Below, one piece after another: positions 50,763 through 59,726 of a DNA stretch of 64,000 nucleotides; positions within the stretch are counted from its first letter, which is position 1; every line of letters starts with the position of its first letter. A program made the position numbers and the translations under genes. The notes under the pieces were generated by a model. The model searched no databases, was not told the DNA's origin, and saw only the letters and a list, made by a program, of their open reading frames with translations. The stretch is from Blastocladiella emersonii ATCC 22665 (taxonomy: Eukaryota > Fungi > Blastocladiomycota), in NCBI GenBank assembly GCA_025594325.1, contig JANHCV010000017.1:62001-126000 (forward strand), given 5' to 3'.

Positions 50763-51935
50763 ATGTCATCGTCAACGCCTGCGGGAAAGCCCGCCGAGTG
50801 CGCGCTGCTCCGCGCCTTCTACAACGACACCCAGGGTGTCCAGTGGACCAACTCCAACGGATGGAACAACCCGGTTGACACCCAGACGACGTGCTGCGGC
50901 TGGAAGGGCATCCGCTGTGACGGGGAGGGCAATGTCGTCGCCGTGTATGCCCCGCACTCGCCCCGCCCATCGACCGACCCTAAACAGCTCCCTCTGTAGC
51001 CAGCTCCGCGGCAACAACGTCGGCGGCCTGATGCCAAACCACCTTGCTAAACTGCCCAAACTTGCGACCGTGTACGGAGACTGGTCCATCGGCCACACTT
51101 CCTTCGTTGGACCTCTGGTCGCTCACCATGTCCATCACTTCAGGGATCTCTACTTCAACGCAATCGCTGGCACGATTCCAAGCGAGTTCAGCACCGTCTC
51201 ATCGCTCCGCTACTTGTACGCCCTGCGCACGCTCCGCACGAGCCGCCCCCACTGACCGCATCGCCCGTGCATCGGACAGGGACCTGAGCAACAACTATTT
51301 CGACGGCGAGATTCCCAGCGGTATCTTTGTTTTGCCCTCGGTGACGCACGTGGATCTCTACGCGAACTTCCTGACAGGCAGCGTGCCAACCACCTATGCT
51401 ACCCAGTACGTTCGCCACGCGGCTCCGTCGTGATTCAACACTCCTAACCCACGCTGACCGTAGGCTTGCGACGTGTACACTTCGGTCTCCAACTGAGAAC
51501 CAGGCGAACAGCTTGACCTGCCCTCCCGCGGCCACCGCCACGCCGCACCCGTGCGTCAAGTTCTGCACGGAGCCCGCGCCAACCCCCACTGGCTCGGCCT
51601 CGCAGTCGCTTGGTCAGATCTTGACCCTCTCTCGCGTCGGTCGGCAGGCACAGACCATTGTGCCCAAGCCCACCCCGCCACCGCACGCCGAACTGGCTTC
51701 CGGGAGCCCGAGCGGCTCCTCGGCTTTTGTTGATGACACGACCGGCGGCTCGCCGCTTCTCGTCGTTCTCCTGGCCGTCGCTGCCGTCCTTGGCGCCGTG
51801 GGTCTCGCCACGATCGCGTACCGCCGCCGACAGCGTGCTCGCAAGACTGCGACGCTGGCACACGAGATGGGCGCTGTCAACTCCCCGGCCGTGGCCTCGC
51901 CCAGTGGTGGAGCTGACAGCCTCATTAAGCATTAA
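50763..51935 (+). CDS. Plant-type LRR single-pass membrane protein (receptor-like protein architecture)
   Basis: N-cap ALLRAFYNDTQG..W..CCGWKGIRC; four repeats of the LxLxxNxxxGxIP type; Cys/Pro/Thr-rich stalk; TM LLVVLLAVAAVLGAVGLATIAY; basic stop-transfer RRRQRARK. Introns at 50945-50999, 51072-51143, 51216-51279 and 51406-51463. Confidence 0.82.
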
Positions 51936-52120
51936 CTTGCTGCTGCCCCGCCCCATGTATTTGCATTCGTATAAGCGGGCATTTTGTGTGCACAGTCCTT
52001 ATCCGATGAGGAGTGAGCGGCGAGGCGAGGCCTCAAGCTGGGCCTCAACTCGCTCGCCGCGCGCCGATCGCTCTCTCTCTCTCCCGCACCATCCAGCACA
52101 TGTAAACAAATGAAAGAATC

Positions 52121-53167
52121 ATGGGCCTTATTGTAAACCTTCTCTGCCCTTGCTCCCATGGTCTGAGCCACTGGCTGCCCGCAGCGTACCTGCCTCATCC
52201 GCGGTATGCCGTTGACTTGGAGCACCCCGACGCCGAAACGCTCGCCGAGATTGTCGTCCGCGGCCTGCTCTCATGCTATCCAGTCACGCTGGTCGTCGGG
52301 GTTCTTGTTATGCGGCTTCTGGTCCGCGTATACCTCGGCGCTGCAGAGACGCACCACGTCGATGCGCAGGCCTCGGAATCGCCGCGGCCACCGCAAGCTG
52401 CGAATTCTGCAGTGGTTCCCGCTGCGCCTGTCGCTCAGTCGGTACCTCCTGCACCTCCTGCCCCAGCGCTCCTTGTGTGCACCAAGTGCCACGATTCGCG
52501 CAAGGTCATGCCAGCAACAGCCGGCGCCGGGGAACCCCGCAAACGGTCCGGGCAACTTCTCTACGAGGCGTTAGCTGCCGATCCGACTCTTTCGGCAATG
52601 GAGGAAAGTGGGGCGCTCCAGGTCGTCCCCGTCAAGTGCCTCGCCAACTGCGACGGCGCAAACTGCATCGCGCTCAGCGCCCGCGACAAGTTTTGCTACC
52701 AGTTCGTTGGGCTGACAAACGATACCGCTGATATCGAAGATATTATCACCTTCGCGTCGCGCTACGCTGCACCGGCGGACGATTCGGTCGAGGGCCGCTC
52801 GTGTTTCTCAAAGGTCAAGACCCGCCCCAATCGGCTGCGCAGCAACTGCGTCGCACGGATTCCACCACTCGAAGGCGACGCCCGCGATATGCTCACCGGG
52901 ATGGGTCCAATGCTACCGCCAGCGCAAGAAATCCCTGAGCCCGTCCAGCTCAAAGTCCCGCCACCGTCAATTTCCTTCGCGGAGGACGCAATCTCGGCCC
53001 CAATCTGCAATACTCTCTCCTCGGAAGCAGCGAACTCGGCCATCTCGCTTTCCCCGAATATGGGGCTCGCCGTCGCAAAAGTAGACTCGCACGATGATGG
53101 GTTCCAGGTCGTTGTGTCGCGGTCTGTCCGACGCAAGCTGCGACGGATGCGGAACGTTTTGCCGTAG
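52121..53167 (+). CDS. DUF1636-like Cys-rich putative metal-binding protein with an N-terminal TM segment, intronless
   Basis: LLVCTKC..SGQLLYEAL..VVPVKCLANC..CIALSARDKFCYQFVGL..FASRYAA..RPNRLRSNCVARIPP matches my recollection of the bacterial DUF1636 consensus. Confidence 0.72.
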   Translation: MGLIVNLLCPCSHGLSHWLPAAYLPHPRYAVDLEHPDAETLAEIVVRGLLSCYPVTLVVGVLVMRLLVRVYLGAAETHHVDAQASESPRPPQAANSAVVPAAPVAQSVPPAPPAPALLVCTKCHDSRKVMPATAGAGEPRKRSGQLLYEALAADPTLSAMEESGALQVVPVKCLANCDGANCIALSARDKFCYQFVGLTNDTADIEDIITFASRYAAPADDSVEGRSCFSKVKTRPNRLRSNCVARIPPLEGDARDMLTGMGPMLPPAQEIPEPVQLKVPPPSISFAEDAISAPICNTLSSEAANSAISLSPNMGLAVAKVDSHDDGFQVVVSRSVRRKLRRMRNVLP

Positions 53168-53629
53168 TCATGTTATATCCACGCAACACGATCTTTATTT
53201 GAGCCATACTGTGAGTAAAATTTAGCGCCATGGGCCCGGAACGGGGTTTGCGCAACTAAAAGGTCGCGTGGTCGACGCTCTACCCTATGTGCCCTCAAAG
53301 AAAAGCTGCTCGATGCCCGCACGTGAAGCCAATCTCGTGTCAGGCAAGCAGAATTTTCGCGATGTTCATAATGCGTGACCCACGTGACAATCACACTTCC
53401 GTGGGAGACGCGTCGCTGTCTCTCTCTCGCGCCGCGTCTTTCGCCCGCTGGAACACTCGCAGCTCGCACGGGCATCGGGCCACCAAAATCTCGATCGCAG
53501 CTCTCGCTCGCTCGCTCTCTCCCCACGCAGTCATACCGCAACTGCTCTACGAACCAACCCCCCTCGCGCGCGTCAAGACTCCCGATCGTGCACGCCACTG
53601 CAGCAACGACCCACCCCTCGTGCCCTGCC

Positions 53630-54751
53630 ATGTCCGGCGTACCATTCCAGAAGCTCGGAGACTTCGAAGCCGGCATCTCGGTCGACGACTCGCGCCAGAC
53701 GGGGGCGATCCGGCCCGGCTCGGCCTCGGGCGGCGCCCGCGGCATCGGCGGCAACTTCTCGGGCCTCGGCGGCGCCAACCTGCGCAACCTCGAGAACCGC
53801 CTCAACATGGCCAACTCGAACCTGCTCGACAAGTTCAGCTGGATGGACGACAAGCGCAAAGTGGTGCGTACCGCCTGCTCGGGTGTCCTCGCGGAACGCC
53901 AGACACTCACACATGACGGCGTGTAGCTACTTCGTGCTGTCCTCGGCGAGGGTCTGTGCACCTTCCTGTTCCTGTTCATCGTGTGCGCGACGCACGTCAA
54001 CCACATCCGGTCGCACACGCCCGACTCGCTGGTCCTGGGCGCCATCTCGACGGGCTTCGCGTCGATCGCGCTCATCTACTCGTTCGCCGACGTGTCGGGC
54101 GCGCACTTCAACCCGGCCGTGACGTTTGCGACCATGGTGACGGGCAAGACGTCGCCAGCCAAGGGCGCCATGTACATTGGGATCCAGCTGTTTGCCGCCA
54201 TGTTCGCGACCGTGTTCGTGCGCGCCGTGTACCCCAAGGACCCGTCGGGCGCGTCGACCATGGAGCTCCTGTTTGTCGACGTGGGCAGCGACTCGGACCC
54301 GGGCCGCGCCTTCGTCATGGAGTTTATCCTCACGTTCATTCTGGTCTACGTCATCTTCGCGACGGCCTTCGACACGGTCGACACGGCGCCGGTGCAGGTG
54401 GCCGCGACGCACTTTGACGAGGACGGGCAGCCCGTCGAGAACCCGGCCGCGGCGCGCGACGCCAACGTCGGCCGCAACCTGACCATCTACACGACCAGCG
54501 GCAACACCAAGGCCGGGTTCGCCCCGCTGGCCATCGGCATGACGCTCGGGTTCCTCTGCTTCCTCGGTGGGTCCGTGTCGGGCGGCGCCTTCAACCCGGC
54601 GCGCGTGTTCGGGCCGGCGCTCGTCGGCAACTACTGGAACAACCACTGGGTCTACTGGCTCGGGGACTTCCTGGGCGCGGCCGCGGCGGGCTACACGCAG
54701 TCCTTCTTTGCCCACCGCCCCGTGCAGAAGAGTGCGGGCGGGGGCCAGTGA
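53630..54751 (+). CDS. Aquaporin (MIP family)
   Basis: LRAVLGEGLCTFLF after intron 53864-53926; two NPA boxes (SGAHFNPAVT and GGAFNPARVFG); HWVYWLG. Confidence 0.95.
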
Positions 54752-54871
54752 GTGGCCGGCTGGTGGGTCGGCGAAGGAGAAGCGGAGATGACGAAGGTTG
54801 TTGACTACATATCCTAATACACGAAACTCGTTGCTACAACTAAGGACTAGCAGCTATATTGGTCTAGTGGC

Positions 54872-56318
54872 TCACTCACGGGTCGCGCCTGTTGTTGTCG
54901 GCGCCAAAGTTAAAGTAGCTCTCGCGGAACCCCTTGTGGCCGGGTTTCTTGGTCGACGCGACGGTAGTCGCCGGGTCGCTCGAGTTGGCAGAGGAGAAGG
55001 CATCGAGAGCGGCGGAGCCCATGGACTCGAGCTTAGCGCCGAGGAGGCCCGAACCAGAGACGTGCATGCCGGGCTCCCAGTCGCGCACCTTTTCGATGGT
55101 GATGAGGCGGCGCGACCACTGGCCAAAGGGCTGCTCCGAGTTGGCGACGAGGCGCAGGGCCGGGTGCAGGGGCACGTCCTCGGGGGCGTACTCGGCCTTG
55201 ACCGTCGGGAGCCAGTAGGACAGGCGGCCGCCGACGACGAGCGAGCGGGCGGCAAAGTCGGTGAGGTCAGCCATGACGGCGTCGAGGTCGTAGGGAACCG
55301 TGGCGGGGAAGCGGCCCTGGCCGTGGCTCGGCGCGTGCTTGCGGGACGCGTCGGGCGAGACGCCGGCGGGGCGCCACTTTTCGCCGCCAATCTTCTTCGC
55401 ACCGGCGCGAACGCCGTAGGGCGGGTCCGTGACGATGGCGTCGAGGAAGGGGCGGGCGTTGCGCCACGGGTGGTGGGCGAGGTCGAAGACGAGGCAGTCG
55501 AGGACGCGGTCGGCGCACCCGTACTGGGCAATGTTGGAGTGGACCGAGACGGAGCCGGGCGCGTCCGTGGAGCGGGCGCTGCCCTTGCCCGTGCCGCGAA
55601 TCTGGCGGCCGTCAATGTCGCTGCCGACGGTGACGCCGCCAAAGTGGGCGGCGGTGACGAGGAAGGAGCCGGTGCCGACAAAGGGGTCGTAGACGAGGGC
55701 GCCGGGCTTGACGTGTGCCATGTTGGCCATGATGAGCGAGAGCTCGGGGTCCATGGAGGTGGTGCCGAGGTAGGCGCGGCGCTTGAGGTTGTAGCGGTCA
55801 ATGGCGCGGCGGTCGCCCGTGGCGACGAGGAGGCCGAAGTAGACGCGGGTCATGCGGTGGTCCGGGTCGTGCGGCGGGGTCCACGCCTCGAGCACGCCAA
55901 GGGTCGCGTCGGGTGTCTTGAGGTCAATCACCCCGCGAAAGGCCATGTAGGCGAACGAGTTGATGATGGCGACCTTTTCGGGCATGGACTTGGTGGTGTT
56001 GAAGGTCTCGACGACAAACTTGAACGAGGCGTCCATGAAGGGGGCGTTGCGGTTGCCCGGGTTGGCGCGCACGGCGGCGTGCAGCGCATCGTAGTCGTCG
56101 GCCGCGTCCCACAGGGCGTAGGCGTGTTTGACGAGGATGCTGCGGCGCACGAGAGCGGCGGCGGCGGCGTCCGAGGCGAGGTCGACGGTGGCAAAGGGGC
56201 ACGCGGGGTCGTAGTCGACCCACGTCAGGGCGACGCCCTCGAGGGCGGCGAGGGCGTCGATCTCGGGGCGGCGGAAGTCTTCATGTGCCTGGGCAAAGTG
56301 CAGCAGATACGGCGGCAT
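54872..56318 (-). CDS. TRM11: tRNA m2G10 methyltransferase, intronless
   Basis: YLLHFAQAHEDFRRPE, RAYLGTTSMDPELSLIMANMA, VYDPFVGTGS and DAIVTDPPYGVRAG. Confidence 0.95.
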
Positions 56319-56591
56319 GGCGGATTGAGTGGGTGGAATGAGTGGAAGGTCGGCGGGTGCGGCGTGGCGCAGCCGACGAGGTCGCCGCGGCGGCAATGTG
56401 CGCGGCGGGTCATGCGGCGTCACGTTGGCGGGCGGCAGGCACTCAACATCGGCGCGGCGGAGGTCGCTGCGCCGCCGCGATCGCGCCGCACGCTGGCCGG
56501 TCGCCGCGGCCGCGACGGCGCTGAGACACTGCTCGACGACGACGACGACGCCGGCGTGCCGCTCCCTGCAACCGCACCCACCACGCATACC

Positions 56592-57372
56592 ATGTCGCTC
56601 CTCCGCCCCGCCATGGGCCTGCGCGCCGCCGGCGCCGCCGCCCTGCGCCGCCCCGCCCCTGCCACCGCTGCCATGTGCGTGTGCCGTGTGACGTGGATCC
56701 GCTGCTGCCGCTGCCGCCACGGTGAGCGCAGCGCGGTTATGAATCAACGAATGAATGAACCAACGCCCTCCCGCACCCGCGCCCGCTCCGCGTAGCCAGC
56801 AGCTCCGCGCCCAGTCGACGACCACGGACGTGTCCGCGGCGCCGCCCGCGCCGCTCCCCGCGGCAGGCCCCGCGCGCGGCCAGATGGCGGCGCTCGCCCA
56901 GGGCAAGGGCGACTACGTGCTCGCCACGGTCGACTCGGTCATCAACTGGATCCGCGAGGGCTCGCTGTGGCCCATGACCTTCGGTCTCGCGTGCTGTGCC
57001 GTCGAGATGATGCACATGGCCGCCGCTCGCTACGATCAGGACCGCATCGGCATCGTGTTCCGCGCCTCGCCGCGCCAGTCGGACGTGATGATCGTCGCCG
57101 GCACCCTGACCAACAAGATGGCCCCCGCCCTGCGCAAGGTCTACGACCAGATGCCCGAGCCGCGCTGGGTCATCTCCATGGGCTCCTGCGCCAACGGCGG
57201 CGGCTACTACCACTACTCGTACTCGGTCGTGCGCGGCTGCGACCGCATCGTCCCCGTCGACATCTACGTCCCCGGCTGCCCGCCCACCGCCGAGGCCCTC
57301 ATGTACGGCGTGCTGCAGCTGCAGAAGAAGATTGCCCGCGAGAAGACCACCCGCATCTGGTTCCGCAAGTAA
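56592..57372 (+). CDS. NDUFS7: NADH:ubiquinone oxidoreductase PSST subunit
   Basis: Mitochondrial presequence exon, then [29 protein letters not shown] and [12 protein letters not shown]. Confidence 0.97.
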
Positions 57373-57525
57373 AGGTTCCGTGTGTCGTGTCGTGTCGTGT
57401 GCCAGTGCATCTGTTCTTGTGCTCAATCATTACCTCAGTTTCTTTTCGTTCGTCCTCTCGCACCGAATCCTGTCCTAATAATCCAACCGTGATCCTGATT
57501 ACTCGCTGACTTGCGATCTTCGGCA

Positions 57526-59456
57526 TCACCCAAACATGCGCAGCTTCTGCCCGCCCTCGGCCTGCTTGGCCGCGAGCTCTGCCGCCGCCTTGCGCTTGCG
57601 CTCCGCCGCCTCGGCCCGCAGCCGCTCGTCCTGGACCCCGAACAGCGAGCTGAAGAACTCGTCGACCATGCTGTCGCTCCACGCCATCACCGCCGACACG
57701 CCCGCCGACCCCGACGCGCCGCCCTCGTCCGAGTTGGCCACGGCCCCGCCGCGCGCACCCACAATCGCCGACCCGGGCACGTTGAGCGGCCGGTACTGCG
57801 GCGCCACCGCCGTGGGCGCCATGAAGTTGGCCAGCTTGTCGTGCACGTGGAACCGCAGCTGCCGCCCCTTGGACGCGCGCGTGTCCACGGCCCGCTTGAC
57901 CCGCGACGCTCGCAGCGTCGCGTGGTGCGCAGCCACCGCGCCCGGCTGGTCCGCGAGCTTGCGGTCAATCAGGTCCTTGAGCTGCGCCGAGTAAAAGTCG
58001 CTGTCGTCGAAGATGAACGCCAGGCTCGCGTTGCGCACCGTCCGCGCCGAGCCGCGTACCTCGGTCGTCTCGTCCGTCACGTCCAGCATGGGCTTCTCGC
58101 GGCCCGACACGGTTGCCGCCGCCGCAGCAGCTGCCGCGGCCGTCGCCTCGGCGTCGTCCGCTGCCGCGAGCGTGAGCACCGGCTCGGGCGTCCGCTTGAG
58201 GTGCGTCCGGTTGATGAGCCGGTCGCGGTCGTTCATGACCGACGTGAACTGGTGCGCAAACAACGTGTTGATGGCCTTGAACTTTTTCGTGTTGAGCGAC
58301 ACGCCTGCCGCCGCGTTCACCTTCTCGTGCCACTTTTCCATGGCGTCCATGCGCCACGGCCGCGACCGCTTGAGGAAGCTGGTCGTGTCCTCGAGCACCT
58401 CGTCCGCGGCCGAGGACGGCGACGCATCGCTGCGTTTCCGCTTGCCGAGCATCGGGACCGCCTCGGACGCGACCGTCGCGAGCGCCGGATGATTGTCGAT
58501 CATGGCGCGCTGCAGCGCCGACAGGTCCATCATCAGATCCGCCAGCGCCTTGCGCGCAGCGGTGACCGCCGACTGACCCGCCGACTGCGTCGCGTCCATG
58601 AACGCGGGGAACTCGGCGGGGGCCGGCAGCGTGTTGGCCGACGTGAGAGCCTTTTGCAGGCGGATGCGCAGGTCCAGAAGCGCGTCGCACATGCCCTATT
58701 GAACGTGAACGTATTGCAGGGGTTAGCGCTGTCGAAGGGCTCCTCCGTGAGGAAGCGCGGACGCACCATCTGGGCCTTGATGTGCTGCCCCTTCTCGGCG
58801 TCGGACGCGGGCTGCTCAACCGCAGCGGCGAGCACCTTCTTGGTGAGCTCCGCATCGTCAGCCGCACCGCCTACTGACGACGCCTCCTCGTCATCGTCGC
58901 TCTCGTCGTCGCTTTGGCCGAATGCCTCGACTTCCGAATCCTGCTCGTAGCCCTCCTCGCCGCCGAGTTCGTCGGCGTCGTCGCCCCAGTTGAAGCCGGA
59001 GGCGCCCGTCTCTTCAGCGCCCTCCTCCTCATCGCCGTCCGACTCGCTGTCGCGGTCCTCGTCCATGGGATCGTCGTCGCTATCGCTGCCCGAGGCCTCG
59101 TCACCACTGCCCTCGAGATCCTCCTCCTCGTCGGAGTCGGAGCCCTCGTCACTCCAGTCACCGGCCGCGAGATCGGCGCGCGACACGCGGCGACCGGCGT
59201 ACTTGGGGTCGTCGAGGACGAGGTCGGAGCGCGCGCGCAGGGCCGACTTGCCGACGTCGACGTAGTGGGAGCGATCGGGCTCGTCCGAGTCGCCGTCCGA
59301 GTCCACGCCGCCGTCACTGGTGGCGCCGCCAAACGCCGAAGACTCGGGGTCCATGTCGGCGGGACGCGTCGTGTCGAACATGGCCAGCGTGGCGGCCAGA
59401 CCCGACTTGGGCGCCGCGGCTGCCGCGGCGCCCGTCTTCTTTTTGCTTGATGCCAT
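57526..59456 (-). CDS. BFR2: Ribosome biogenesis factor Bfr2/AATF
   Basis: HYVDVGKSALR, an acidic tract, EKGQHIKAQ|..DALLDLRIRLQKAL, IFDDSDFY and VDTRASKGRQLRFHVHDKLANFMAP. Confidence 0.93.
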
Positions 59457-59726
59457 GGTGTCGTGCGTCGTTCAGATGGTGGGTTGATACGTTGGACGCA
59501 AAGATGTGCGTGGCTCAGCGCCTCACAGCCAAGGAGGCCGGGAGGGAAGCAACCGCGTCGCGGAAGTGCGACTTGGGTCAGTGGAGCGCACGTGATCTGT
59601 CGCTACGCAGTGCTCTCAGTGGACACGAGGCAGTATCAAGCAAATTCTGCTGTATTTACTTGTTTGCTCTCAGCAATGCGCGGGTGGGGAAGAAAAATGT
59701 GCAAGGGATCATCAATCACCAAACTC

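Noticed and set aside
52102-52184. Possible upstream exon and intron for the DUF1636-like gene (GTAAAC..CGCAG)
   Set aside because: Neither candidate donor (52102 or 52133) gives a phase compatible with an upstream ATG, so the single-exon model was kept.
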